Positions 37,161 to 51,500 of a stretch of DNA of 64,000 bases are shown here, piece after piece. The notes under the pieces were generated by a model, which had not been told where the DNA came from, searched no databases, and saw only the letters and a list, made by a program, of their open reading frames with translations. Position 1 is the stretch's first letter. The number at the start of each line of letters is the position of its first letter. Origin of the DNA: Azolla caroliniana (lineage: Eukaryota > Plantae > Polypodiophyta); the NCBI GenBank assembly GCA_043228905.1, contig JBHGNT010000017.1, positions 18,476,001-18,540,000 of the forward strand. Reading direction: 5' to 3'. Both the position numbers and the translations under genes were made by a program.

Positions 37161-37966
37161 TCTCCTATTGTCGACTCTCCCTATCTTCGACTATCGGCAC
37201 TCGGCACGACTTGTCAGCTTCTCCCATAGGAGGGAAACATTCATAACACTTCATACATTTCGACTGAACGGTTGGGTCTTCGCTTAGATCCTCTTCGACT
37301 ACCCTCTTGATCTCCCCGATGGTATCATCGAATGAGACTGCCCCCACGGCGCCACTCATCAAGTCGTCAGGGTCCAAGGCTCTGCCCACCTTCAAATGCC
37401 TTAGAGAACACTGACTTAGTACCCTTCTTGTAGAAGACCATGGACATCAAGTTGATCTTAGATCCATGGTCGATCAATGCCACCACTAGCTCCTTGACGT
37501 CGCCGATCCGAACTGGTGTTTCCGTCGTCGCTCTTGCCCAATGTGGCTTCATCTAATGGCTGTCAAACAACTCCTCATCCATTGCCACTCCATCTAGGTG
37601 GGCTGCCTTCACTTCGATCGGTTTCTCGCTTTCCGGCTCAGTCAAGAACTGCTTTCTTTTAACTAGGTCGATTATAGAGTCGTGTAACTCCTTCTTGGCG
37701 ATGCCCAACAATTCTCTCAACGAGAGTTCCACCTGATTGTTGAGGATCCTTTCCTCCAAGACCTTCCGTAGGTCTGTTGTCTTCTCGATCTCTGAGCTCA
37801 GACGGAAGCTCGGGAACTTCATCTTCTCTTTCTCATGTGAACCGGTTGGACCCCTGTCATTTCTCTTCATTCCACTCTGGGTGTCGTATCGGTTAGAGGG
37901 ACCGGCCCCTCCGGCCTTCCCGTCATGCTTATCTTCAACCAAAACCTCGTAGTTTTGACAAGCCGT

Positions 37967-39247
37967 TGTCGTGAAGATTTCCGGCTTTGGTGTGAAACTG
38001 GGATGGAATGGGCAAGTCAGCAATGTGCAACATGTGCACATGTATAGTAGGAAAATGGTGTATAAAATAAAGGGGAGAATTTATCCCACATTGTAACGTC
38101 CCTCCCTCCTTGGGCTATAAAAGGAAGGGAGGGTCCCTTGTAAAGGGGTTGCCCATTTTGAGTTAGGAGGGTACACCATTAGGTCTAAGGTATGATAATC
38201 TTTCTTCTTCTTATTCTTGTTTTTTGTTAGGGTTCTTTGAGGTTTTCTTCTTCTTCGTTGTTGTGTGGGTTGAGAGTTCGTGTCTGTTTAGGATTTAGTT
38301 CGGTTAGGAGCTTGTATGTCCTAAGGGGTTTTCTCTTTTGCTTTGTCTCCTGTGCAAGACCCCACTTGACGCGACGAGCCCGAGAGCTCCCCGATCAGCG
38401 GCTTGGCAACAGACTGCTGTTGTAACCTAACCTACCTTGGTCCGGGTCGAAGCCGGAGTTGTATCTTACTTTTGTACATATATAATGAAGTTTTGTGCAT
38501 TTGTGTCTGCGTCTGCGTCTTCAGAGTTTCTTCTTCTTTCCTTTTCTGTACATAAGTAGCGTGCGTTGAGTCAGTGTTGCACATTGTTGTAGTGTGAATC
38601 ACACACTACGTGAAATATGTAAAACACTATATCCGATTTAGAGTACATATAATAAATAATAAATAAAATATTAAAAATATTTATTACATGCATAGGGCAG
38701 GATTCGAACCCTGTACCTCCACGTAGACAAACCCTAGCCTTACCACTATACTAGCATACTATGAATTTTAAAGTTATACTAAACTTTATCCCATGTAAAT
38801 ATTCTAGATATGCATGGTACAAAAAGTTATTCATGCATACACACTCGAGTTAAAAGAAAAGATGGGATAGAAAGCTAATCATGCATATGCAGTGTGCATG
38901 AAAACTAAAGTTAGGAAAAGCATGATGCTTGCATGTGATAAACTTAGACTCTTCCAACACTATATAAGGAAGAGAGAAAGATGTATAGGGTTGTTGATTA
39001 TTTTACAAGGGTTGATTAATATAATATATTCGTGGGATTCACAAATTTGCTAACTACTTTTCTCTCTTAATCTGAGTACTCACTAATACATTATACTCGT
39101 GGGATTCACGAGTTTTTCATATCTTTCTTTCTTACAATATATTTCATATTCTTAATAGCCTTAGAATTTCCTTTTCTCCTAGTCGAAAACCCCAGTGGTT
39201 CCCACCCGACTCACGCAAACGATTTGGCGCCGAAAGACATGACAATG

Positions 39248-39292
<45 letters not shown>

Positions 39293-39461
39293 TCTCTCGT
39301 GTTCGATAGCCTCCGGTACGCGTCCGGAATCGTTCCGGTTTGCGCCACAACTAGTGTAGTTGGGACCGGAGTCGGTCGGTCTCCCGACATCCATCTCTCC
39401 CTTGTCCGAGACCCCCTGTGGTCCCGCCCCTTTCGACACATACTCGCGGATTACCGCGATA
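37967..39461 (+). mobile_element. Solo LTR of the CpG-targeting Gypsy family, ~1.5 kb, TSD CCGT
   Basis: Starts TGTCGTGAAGATTT and ends ..TACCGCGATA (CA>TA); CCGT at 37963-37966 and 39462-39465; termini match 59441-61183 in reverse. Confidence 0.8.
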
Positions 39462-41484
39462 CCGTGTTACGAAGGCGCCCTAGCTCTTCTTTGTGCACAA
39501 CGGATCGTAATGTGCTGGATCGTTTAGTGCTCAAGATAGAAATGAAAGGGAAGGAGACTTACCTCTGTGTAGCAAACCACAAAGCCTCTTTTATTTCATT
39601 ACACACAGAGCTCAATTTGCACTCGTTAGTTTTCTATTTTTTGTTCTTACAACTACTCTCTTACTCTTACTACACTTACTTTTTACCTAAGTATATAAGT
39701 CACTTACATATGCAGCTAATTAGCTGTCAATAGCTAAATAGCTGTGCATAGCTAAATAACTGTTTCACCTTTATGTCCACTAGTAGCTAATTAGGTAATA
39801 ACTACTATAGCTTATTTCTCAATAAGCATCACATACCTTTGTTGAGCTTGCTTCTCAACACTCCCCCTCAAGCTCAACTTATCCTTTCTTGGGATCATGT
39901 TCAATCTTCTTTTCTTCATGCTTTTCAGCTACCATGTCGATGGTTATAACTCCCATCATGTCTCTAAACTGTGTATGTTTTTCCATGCTCAATCCCTTCG
40001 TAAGAATATCAACCACTTGCTGATTTGTACTTACATACAATAGATCCACTTCTCCATCAATCACTTTTTCTCTAACAAAGTGATAATGCACTTTAATGTA
40101 CTTTGTTCTTACATGGAACACTGGGTTTTTTGCGAGCTGAATGTTGCTCATATTGTCACACCAAATTGTGACAACACCATCTATATATTCTCCCAAATCA
40201 ACAAGCAATCTTCTGATGCATACCTCTTCATAGGTAGTTATTGCAACTCCTCTATATTCAGCTTCAGTACTTGATAGTGCAACAATAGCTTGTTTCTTGC
40301 TACTCCATGAAATAACTGCACTTCCCAATGTAAATATATATCCACTTGTGGATCTTCTGTAAGTTTGGCTTCCAACCCAATCAACATCTATATATCCTTC
40401 CAACTTTATGTCCAAATCAGCCCTGTAAAACAATCCATAATTTTGAGTAGCTTTTACATACCTCAAAATTCTTCTTATGCAATCCAAATGTGGCTTTGTT
40501 GGTTGTTCCATAATCTAGCTGACTAATCCAACAACATAACTCAAATTAGGTATTGTTATAGTCAAATATATGAGGCTGCCCACCATAGACATGTACATGT
40601 TTACATCTTCTATTTTAGCTCCCAAATCAACCCTCAATTTGCAGTTCTTATCCAGTGGTACATCAATAGGTTTGCATCCAAGCATACCATACTTCTTCAA
40701 CATAGTTGTTGCATACTGTTTTTGCAACATATATATACCACTTTCAGATCTGATCATCTCAATGCCAAGAAAGTATCTCAGCTCTCCCAAATCCTTCATA
40801 TGAAATTGCATTTCAAGATTTTTTTTCAGCTTGCTTATTTCATCCATGGAATCACCTCCAATGATTAAATCATCAACATAAATCAAAATAACAACAATGC
40901 AATCATTTATCCTTTTTACATACAATGTTGGATCAGCCTTTGACATTTTAAAAGCAATTTTTTTCAGAGATTCTGAAATTTCTTTATGCCATGCCCTTGG
41001 TGCTTGTTTCAATCCATAGAGAGCCTTTTTTAGCCCATCCATATGGTGCAGAACCCATCTTTTGGCTGAACTCATAGCAAGTAGTGTTCTCAATGTTGCC
41101 ATCTGTAAAGAATCGATGGTGATTCTTGTACAACGGAATAGGTTAGAGATGTGCGTTATGTGTGTGTGTGTGAGAGAGAGAGAGAGATAGAGGAGAGAAA
41201 CAAAAGATAGATTTTTGAGAGACAATAGAATACTCAAGAAGATGTATATTACAAGGAGACTGATCGACTTAATTAATGTAAAAAGAATAGCGTGCAGAAG
41301 AAATAGAAAACCAAACACAGAAACGCAGGTTTAATGGAGAGCTTAGAATATACACAGTACGCGGGAGAAACAGAGATAGAGAGAGCACACAAAACTCAAT
41401 TCAAAGATAATACTCTGTCCACTCTTCTGGATCTACGCTCCGGTTCCTTCTAGCTTCATGCCTTGCTCGCGCTCGTCGACCCGT

Positions 41485-42563
41485 TGTCGTGAAGATCCGT
41501 CACTACGCGCGGATCGTGAGGCGGAACCGCCAGGGTTTTGGACCAGAAGGATTTAGAGTCGATACAAGCTTTGGCGAGAAAGTACTTAAGATAGATTGGG
41601 AAAAAGAGAAGTTGAGATTACACGATTGATTTGAAAACGAATTTCTTCCTCTTAATTTTCATAAAAAAAACCGTGTTTTTCTCCTCCCCCTTCCCTCTTT
41701 TATAGATGCTCTCATGCATATGATGCATGTGAGGGTACAAGACATGCATAAATTGCATGTTTGCCATTTGGCGCTTAAGTATTACATGTGGTGCATGCTA
41801 ACCATGTCACTCATTTTAGCACTCATGGATGAGAATTTACATGTAAAGGTACAATGATAGAAATATAATTTCAACTAAATACTATGGCTTAATGGTAAGC
41901 CATTTGACTCCTAACTTGGAGGTGCAAGGTTCGAATCCATACTTGCCCTCCTTGTATATGTATATATTTTTATATATTTATTTTATCTAGTCGCCGGTTC
42001 GCCGGATATCGGTGCCGCCGGATGCCGACGCCGACGCCGGATGCCGCCGCCGGATACCGGTGCCGCCACCAGATGCCGACGCCGGATACCGACGCCGACG
42101 CCGGATGCCGACGCCGGATACCGACGCCGCATGCCGCCGCCGGATTGCGGTCGGATGCTGTCGGATCACCGGCTCCATCGCCGGTCCGGTTTTGGTTGGC
42201 CAAAACCCTTTTCGAGTAGCTAGCCACCTCCACTCTAAGTTCAAGTTACCTTGAAATCTCTATGCTCCACACATAGACACAAAGATAATATCTTTTGCTC
42301 CACCTTATATATGATGAGAGCCGTATTTTTCATGCCTATGTGGGATATCTCACAATTTTCTCTTTTCTTTTCACAAACTTTATACCCTCATATCTTGACA
42401 TTTAGTTGTCCATTTCTCGTGTAATAAAGTGCATTCGAAACCTCCATCATTTTGTACTTAGATATTAAAAATGTTATCTTCACAATTATTGTATTACATG
42501 ATTCATACTCGATTTTGTACGTTTTATGGGATTTTCACACTATTGCCGAAAATCTTCACGACA
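41485..42563 (-). mobile_element. Solo LTR of the CpG-targeting Gypsy family, 1079 bp, TSD CCGT
   Basis: Inverted termini TGTCGTGAAGAT...ATCTTCACGACA; CCGT at 41481-41484 and 42564-42567. Confidence 0.92.
41885..41945 (+). other. tRNA-like Pol III module (A box + B box) inside an LTR; homologues at 60946-61005 (+) and 38695-38755 (-)
   Basis: A box TGGCTTAATGG 41885-41895, D-arm-like hairpin, B box GGTTCGAATCC 41928-41938; no proper acceptor stem. Confidence 0.7.
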
Positions 42564-45500
42564 CCGTTTGATTCTGCGTGCTTCGACCCTTCTGGTCGGC
42601 TTGTTTGCTTGTTCGGTCGTTGCTCTCTTCTTCAGCTTCTTCAGCAGGTCTGAAATCGAATTCTTCATCCGATTCCTCATCAAGGTCACTTCCGCCGTGA
42701 TGAATACCCCTGCTCCTTTCACGCTCTCGTTCTTGTTCTTCCTTTCTCCCTCGCAAGTTCGGCGTGTCGAGGTGACGCAACCCTAGTGCACCCGAGAAAT
42801 GCCGTAACTTGTCGAGACCAAGAGGCTTGGTGAAGATGTCGGTAACCTGCTGATCCATCGGAACATACGCTAGGTCGACCTCACCTGAAAGGAACCGCTC
42901 GCGGACAAAATGATAATGCACCTCAATGTGCTTGGTTTGGGCGTGGAACACGAGGTTTTTCGCAAGGTGGATACTGTTGAGGTTGTCACAAAGGATCGTC
43001 GTCGGATCAGACACCTCTACATGTAGATCCCGTAATAGCCATTTTAGCCAAATGACTTCGCACGTAGCGACAGTCGCCCCTCGATACTCGGCCTCCGTGC
43101 TCGACAGTGCTACTGTGGGCTGCTTCTTATTGCTCCACACAATCGCCACACTTCCTAGAGAGAATGCATATCCGGATGTGGATCTATGATCGTGAGCGTT
43201 TCCGGCCCAATCGACATCCGTGTAGCCGACTAATTGTTCGACTACGCTTGCTCCATATAACAACGCCATGTCTTTCGTGCCGCTGACATATCGCAATATC
43301 CTTTGCGTGCACAGAAAGTGTTTGGCAGTAGGCTGCGACATGAATTGACTGATTAGTCCGACCGGGTAACTAAGGTCCGACCGAGTAATAGTCAAATAGA
43401 TGAGGCTTCCGACAATTTGTCGGAACCATGTCATGTCGCATGCCTTTCCTGAATCTCGGCGAAGCTTTGCGTTTCTATCTAGAGGGGTCGAGATGGGCTT
43501 ACAGTTTGCCATCCCGAACTTGAAGAGCATATTCAGCACGTAATGACGCTGGCTTATCAATATGCCTTCGGGTGTGTGGATCACTTCGATCCAGAGGAAG
43601 TAATGAAGGTCTCCGAGATCCTTCATTTCGAATGATGCCGTGAGTTGAGACTTTATGCGACGGATTTCGGCCAGGTTGGCACCGGCGATGACGAAATCAT
43701 CAACATATAATAGGAGACTAACCGGTTTGTGTTGACCTTGCCGAACAAATAGAGAAGAGTCTGATTTTGATGTTGTAAAGCCCAACCTACGCAAATGTTG
43801 CGTAATATTCGAGTTCCAAGCTTGCAGGGCTTGCTTTAGTTTGTATAAGGACTTCTTCAATCGGCAAACTGCCAAGGTGTTTTGTTTGGATAGAAATTCG
43901 GGGGGCTGTACCATGTACACCTGCTCCTCAAGATCACCTTGCAGGAACGTGTTCTTTACATCCATCTGATGTAAGTGCCACCCCTTTGCCACTGATATGG
44001 CTAGTAGGACTCGCATGGTAGTCATCTTTGCGACAGGCGCGAAGGTCTCGTCATAGTCCACGTCGTGCTTCTGCGCGTAGCCTTTGGCTACTAAACAGGC
44101 CTTGTAGCGGTTGACAGAGCCATCAGTGTTGTATTTCACCTTATACACCCATCTGCATCTGATCGGCTTTACACCCTTCGGTGCGTCAACTAGGTCCTAG
44201 GTTTCATTCTCCGATAATGCGTGCATCTCTTCCTCCATTGCGGCACGCCAATTCGCGTCTTTCGCCGCTTCTACGTAGCTCTCCGGCTCACGCACTTCTG
44301 CCACTCGCGTCATGTACGCGTAATGGTGCGCCATGTACTCATTATACCCGTATCTCTTTACGGGGTTCTTTAGGCGGGTTGATCGGCGTAATTTGTGATT
44401 ACCCGATTTCATGACCTTTTCGGTTACTGGCGACCTCTTCAGTGGAGGTTCTTTTTCAGTTTGCCCGTAGTCAGACTCGCTCCGATCTCACTCGGCATTG
44501 CCGAAGTCGTATTCCGGCATTTTCTTCTTGCCCTTCTCCTTGCACGTAAACCATCTCCTTGGTTCTTTACGCGAGGACATCATGACTGAGTCTGCACTAC
44601 TCACTGTCTCTTCAATAGGTTGTCCATTTTGGCCCAACCCCTCATTCGGCCCACTTAGTCGAAATGAGATCAGACTCTCTTTCTGAGCTTCGATTTCTTC
44701 ATCGTGTGGAGGCATTTCGGCCTTGCTGACTTCTTCCTCAGAATTTGGAATGGAGTCGTGAGGTGTTGGAGGTGAAGGCAGGTACCACGAAGCGGATTCG
44801 TCGAACACAACATCTCGACTTACGTGTACTTCCTTTGTTCGGGGGTTATAACACTTATACCCCATCTACTCGTCTGGATAGCCGACTAAGATGCACTTTT
44901 CGGCTTTGGGATCTAGCTTCCTCCTCTTTTCCTTCGGCACATGCACATATGCAATGCTACCGAAGATCCTCAAGTGTGCCAAGTTCGGCTTCTTCCCGAA
45001 ATACAATTCATGTGGCGACACTCCTCCATTAGCAGAAGTCCGATTCTGCAGGTAGACAACTGTCTTCACGGCTTCGGCCCAATAAAATTTCGGCATATGC
45101 TTCTCTTCAAGCATTGCCCTGGCCGCTTCTTCGATTGTTTGATTCTTCCGCTCGGCCACGCCGTTCTGCTACGGCGTGTATCTACATGAGAATTCGCGTC
45201 GAATTCCCTCCTTTTGTAGATAACTTGTGAACTGGTCGGAGAAGTACTCCTTCCCGCCATCGGACTGTAGGCATTTGATCTTACGACCTGTTTCCCTTTC
45301 GGCAAGGCTCTTAACCTTCAGGAAACATGCGAAGACTTCGGTCTTCTTCGCGATCGTGCATACCCAGGTGTGCTGAGTGAAGTCATCGATGAAGGTTACA
45401 AAGTAATAGCTTCCACCGAGACTCACGTTTTGTGCCGGACCCCACACATCCGAATGGATCAAATCCAGTGGACTTTGGCTACGATTACGCTTGTTGGGGA

Positions 45501-48500
45501 ATGGAAGTCGGTGTTGTTTTCCCGTCTGACAAGATTCATAGACTTGGCCATTACGGCCCCGAAATTTTTGCAAGCCGAAGACGATGTTCTTTGACTGCAT
45601 CTCATGAAGCCATGGGAAATTTACGTGGCCAAACCGCTTGTGCCACAGGTCGATATCCGATTCGAGCTTTTGTCCTTTCGCGTACAACGCGGTGCTGGCT
45701 TGATTAGTGTCGAGGTTAAACATCCTCCCTTCACGGCGCCCTTGAGCAATCACTTTGCCTTCCTCTTCTATGAAGCACCCTAGATGCGTGAATTGAACCT
45801 GCATTCCTTGGTCAACAATCTAACTGACCGACACTAGGCTCTTCGTTATTGTCGGGATGTGCAACACATTCATGAGTTTCCCTTGCTGCCCGACGTGACT
45901 AAGGGGAACGTCGCCGACATGTTCGATGGTATGCAGAGTGTCGTCTTCCGTTTCGACCACTCCTTGTGATTCCGATTTCTCCAAGTACGAGAACCATTCC
46001 TCGTGACTCGTCATATGATTTGACACTCCAGAATCAACGTACCACACCTCGCTCGATTTCAAGGTGTTCACGGCCATAGAATTGGCCTTATGCTTCATTA
46101 CGAAGGCTGGGCCCGATTTTTTTTTGGCTCATTCAGAGCCTTCTGCATAGTGCGATCTTTGAAGCGTCATTACGTCTCTTCGACACGATCCGGCTCTGTC
46201 CGAATCGGCTCGCTTTTTCCAGCACTCGCTCTCCTTGTGGCCTTTCTTGCCACAGTACCAACATTCTGCGACGGATTTCCCTTGCTGGTTCTCGTCGCCT
46301 CGACTACCGACATCACTTTGGTGCCTTCTTCCTTGACCCCGTTGGTCGCTTCCATTGCATGCCGAGTCGCCTCGTCTGCCACTACCACATGGCCTATCTC
46401 CCTCTGTGTACAACATCTTGCTATCGGCATGCGTACCCGTCGACGCACCCACGTGGTTCTCCTCTATAAGGAGCATTGACTGTAGGTCGAAAAACGACGG
46501 CGTATTCTCCCGTGTACACATAGTAGTTCGGAACGCTCCGAACTTCGACGCTAGTCCCGTGAGACAGATCTGCACCATCTCGCCTTCCTTGATGTTCACA
46601 TCAATGGAGGCTAAGGAGTCGCATATCTCTTTGATCTTCGAGGTGTAATCAGCCACTGACAAGTCGTGTTGTCGTAAGTTGCTTAGTTCCTGTCGGAGTT
46701 GAAGCTTCCTAGATGTGGTGCTTGCGGCAAAGATCTTTTTCAGATTTCCCCAAGCATCCTTCGGCGTTTTCGCATCCCGAATATAGCTCAGAAGTTGTTC
46801 GCCCACACAAGACGTGACGCAGTAGAGAACTCTGCTCGCTGACTGTTCGCACGCTGGGAAATCTTTGTGCATCGAATCAGGTGCTGGGTCATTTGCTCCA
46901 TTGACATAGCTCTAGTAACCGTGCCCGAGGAGGTACTGGTGCATCTTGTAGGACCAAGATGCGTAGTTATTTCTATCGAGCTTCTCTATTGGAAGTGAGC
47001 TAGCCATGCCTCTATCCATTTTGTTTTTCCTGTTCTTTATGAAGGTTAGATTTTCTTTTTGAGCTAAGGTCGGCTGCAGAGGTTCTCAACCCTCGCGCTC
47101 TGATACCATGTAAAAAGAATAGCGTGTGGAAGCAATAGAAAACCAAACACAGAAACACAGGTTTAATGGAGAGCTTAGAATATACACAGTACGCGGGAGA
47201 GACAGAGAGAGAGCACACAAAACTCAATTCAAAGATAATACTCAATCTATACACAGGATGTGCTTAGTGAGCACTTTTATACAAGTCCATACGGACTGAC
47301 AGAAGTACTGACAAGTACTTCAATGCTCATAAATGAGCTCTACATTAACTCCCAAAATATATTCCTACGCGGAATATCTTTCCAACGGTCTCGCGGTTTT
47401 TGCACCGCTACGGCTTACATTATGCGTAATGTTTTACGCACCTAGTCTACGCACTGGGTTATGCACCGTGTTATGCACCCAACGTTGAGCTTATCACTCA
47501 ACAATTACAAAGTAGGAGGAGAGTGCTTTATATAGTCACTCTCTCTCTTCATTAACTATCAAAGCTCATGGGTCATGGGGAATGTGAAAACTCATTAGTT
47601 ATGTGTCATAGAATATGATTCTATGAGACATAGTTAATGTGTAGATAAGAGTGGTGACTTTTGACCTTTGAGTGCACACTCTCAAGGGCATGTTCCCACA
47701 CTAGACTAGGTTGAGCTTGATTTTCAACATGCCCCCTCAGCTCAACTTTGGTCGGCTACTTCGGTTGATGTCCGCTTCGGCTCGTATTTGGTTCGGACGG
47801 TATCCGGTTTTCTCTTATACTCCCCCTCAAGCTTGGCAAGTCAAGGACCGTTAATCCAAGGTCTGACAGGAATTGCCGAAGCTTGTCGGCTCCTAGGGCT
47901 TTGGTGAAGATGTCGGCTGTCTGAAGATTTGTAGAGATATGTTGAAGGTCTTTCATGTCCGTTATCTCGAATGTGTTGGAAAGGAGGGATTTGACCAGGT
48001 TGATGTCGACTAGATGCTCACCTCCAATGACCAGATCATCCATGTACAAGATGATGATGATTGAACTTTCGGAATTGCTTCTTACATAGAGAGAATTGTC
48101 GGATTTTGACATTCGGAAGCCGATTCGATGAAGATATTGTGTTATCTTCGAGTGCCAAGCACGTGGTGTTTGCTTAAGGCCGTAGAGAGGCTTCTTGAGT
48201 CGGCAGATGGCTTTCGGATGAATGTTGGATTTGAAGCCGGGTGGTTGTATCACGTACACCTCCTCTTCTAATTCACCTTGAAGAAAAGCGTTCTTGACAT
48301 CCATCTGGTGGAGGTGCCACCCTTTCGTTGATGCAAGCGCTATCACGTTTCACACGGTTGTCATCTTTGCCACCGGGGAAAAGGGCTCTTCATAGTCGAC
48401 GCCCTATGTTTGTGCGTAGCCCTTTGCTACGAGTCGAGATTTGTAGCGGTTGACGGAACCGTCGACATTATACTTCACTTTGTATATCCATCTGCAACTG

Positions 48501-51500
48501 ATTTCCTTCTTGTGCGGTGAGTGAGGGGCGAGATCCCATGTCCCATTCTTGCTGAGAGCTTGCATCTCCTCGTTCATCGCTTCGACCCATCGCGGATCTT
48601 TAGTGGCTTCGGCAAAGCTCTCCGGTTCTTGAACTGCTGCCACCTTCATCATAAAGGCATAGTGGTATGCCATATAGTCGTTCTAGCCGAATCAGCTAAC
48701 CGGATTCTTCTCTGGGGTGGAGTGACGGAGTTTCTCATTTGCTGATGTGAGTGCTTTCTCAACTCCGGGTGACCTCGTAAGAGACACATCAAAGCCATCG
48801 AACTCACTATCGAGGGAATGAGTCGATTTGTTGCCGTCGAAGTGATCGTCTTCATATTCCGACATTTTGGCCTTCCCTTTGTCCATCTTTGAACTTGGCC
48901 GAGATGTGCTTTGGTTGCTCGGAGGCTCTTGTGGTCCGCTCAATCTGGTTGAGATCGGACTCTCTTCAAGTATTGACCTTAGTTGATCATCGTCTTCTGT
49001 GTTGTCGAAGTCATTCGTAGATGGTTCGGGAGGAGTCGACTCAGGTTTGTACCATGATGTCGATTCATCAAAGACAACATCCCGACTTACACGAGTCTTT
49101 TGAGTAGAGGGGTTGAAGCACTTGTACCCCTTTTGCTCCAGTGAGTACCCCACGAGGATGCACTTCTTTAATTTTGGGTCAAGCTTCTACTGCTTCTCAT
49201 CGGGAATGTGTACGTATGCAATGGAGCCGAATATCCTTACATGGGATAGATCCGGCTTCTTCCCATAGTATTTCTCATGTGGGGTGACCTTGTGCACTCC
49301 GGATGTTGTGCACCAGTTCATGAAGTAGATGGCGGTATTTGCAGCTTCTGCCCAATATGACTTGGGCATATGCTTCTCATTTAGCATGGCCCTTGCTACT
49401 TCGAGGATGTGCCGATTCTTGCATTCGGCTACACCGTTCTGTTGCGGTGTGTGTCGGCAAGTGAATTCTCACCGAATTCCTTCTTGTCGAAGGTATGCCG
49501 TGAATGCATCGGAGAAGTATTCCTTTCCTCTATCTGACCAAAGACATTGTACATGACGCCCAGTAGTCTTTTCGACTTCGCTTTTGAATTTTTGGAAGTG
49601 TGTAAACACTTTGCTCTTCATCCTCATGGTAAAGATCCATGTGTATCTAGAGAAGTGATCGATGAAGGTAACATATCACCGACATCCTCCGAACGTAGCC
49701 ATTTGTGTCGGTCTCCACACATCCGAGTGGACTACGTCCAATAGGCCTTTGCTCACGTTCCTCTCCTTCGGGAACGGGTGCCGATTGTGCTTGCCAAATT
49801 GGCATGCTTCACATACTCCTTCAATCTCTTTCTCTTTGAAGGTTGGGAGCCCGATGACGACTCCTTTCGATTGCATTGCCTTAGTTTGTTGAGATTGATA
49901 TGGTCGATATTTTTATGCCATAGCTTTATGTCGGTGTCAGGTTTGAGGCCCTTTGCAAACATGGCCGATTTTACCTCGTTCGCTTCGAGGATAAACATTC
50001 GGCCTTCCCTTCGACCATGACCAATTAGTCAGCCTTCTTTCTCGATGAAGCAACCTCCTTGGTTGAATCGAACTTGCATCCCTTGCTCCACAATTTGGCC
50101 GACCGAGACCAAATTCTTCGTTATGGTAGGTACATGTAAGAAATTCTTTATGCAAGTTTGTTCACCTTCTTTCCCGAATGGGACATTGCCGACATGCCGA
50201 ATCGGATGAGTGGTGTCGTCTCCAGTCTCGACATAACCGGGTCGATCTGGCTCTCGAAGGTCTTTGAACCATTCTTCATGGGACGTCATATGGTTCAAAG
50301 CACCGGAGTCGACGAACCATACATCTTCTGGATTGGAGGCATTAGTCGAAGTAGAGGCCGGCATAGAATTTGCTCTATGTCTCATTACAAACATTCCGGC
50401 AGGATCTTCATAGTCGGAGTTGGTGGTGTAATTGGTGAGTTGTCGGCTTGTGGAAGCCGACTTGTGCTTCTTCTTTCGGTACTCTTCTTCATGGTGGCCG
50501 ATTTTTCCGCAATAACCGCATTCGATCGAGGTTTGTTGGCTCGGACCGGAATGGAAGCTCCTGCTTCTTCCGAAAGGTTCCTCGATGGCTTCCGTCTTGA
50601 TGCCGAAATTGCGAGTTGTTTTCGTAAGTCGGGCCTCATCTGCCTTGTCCTTGGCCGAATCGGCCTCTTCTTGCACGACCGCGTCCTCTTCCTCCGTTCG
50701 AATGCGTGTAGAGCATGTGGCATTCCGAGGCATTGCTCCTTGTTTGAACATGATTTTCTTCGACCAACAACATGGATTGAAGATCGAAGAAGGAGGGCGG
50801 ATTCTCTTGTGCTAGTACAACGGTCCGCATCACGCTGAACCGTGGTGCAAGGCCACTGAGGCATATTTGCACCATTTCATCATCCTCCACATTGACGCTT
50901 ATTGAGCTGAGTGCATCACAAAGCTCCTTGATCTTCAAGGTGTAGCTTGTGATGGACGTATCCCGTTGTTGGATGTTGTTCAACTCTTGGCGGAGTTGAA
51001 GCTTCCTCGCAGTCGTGTTGGCGGCGAAAAGCTTTCGTAGATTCTCCCATGCTTCCTTTGGCGTCGTGGCTTCTCGAATGTAGCTAAGCATGTGATCATG
51101 AACACATGTCGCCAAGCAATACATTACTTGACTCGCCGCTTGCTCCCATGTTGAGTAGTCGGCGTCTTCTGGGTTGGGTCGCAAGGTATTGGTGCATCCT
51201 ATACTCCCAAGATACGAAGTTGTTTCGATCCAACTTCTCGCTAGGGAGAGTGCTCCCCATTTGAGTATTCATGGTTTAGATTTTCTTCTTCTCTTGAATA
51301 TGAGCTATGTAGCTGCACTACGATAGCTATGAGCTAGTTCTTGAATGTCGGCGTGAAGCACAACACACGTGGATGGGCTAGATCGAGCTACCAAACTGCT
51401 TTGATACCATGTAAAGAATCTATGGTGATTATTGTACAACGGAATAGGTTAGAGATGTGCGTTATGTGTGTGTGTGAGAGAGAGAGAGATAGAGGAGAGA

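Larger units (their letters stand above)
41277..47503 (-). mobile_element. Ty1/Copia D nested in the 3' LTR of Copia C: 5' LTR 47109-47503, truncated 3' LTR 41277-~41415, PBS-Met 47097-47108; TSD ATTAA/ATTAC
   Basis: gag 46129-47007, PR 45820-46098, INT 44866-45804, RT-RH 42564-44148; PBS TGGTATCAGAGC. Confidence 0.9.

Noticed and set aside
41885-41945. Functional tRNA gene
   Set aside because: No acceptor stem or canonical 7-nt anticodon loop; reported as a tRNA-like module instead.
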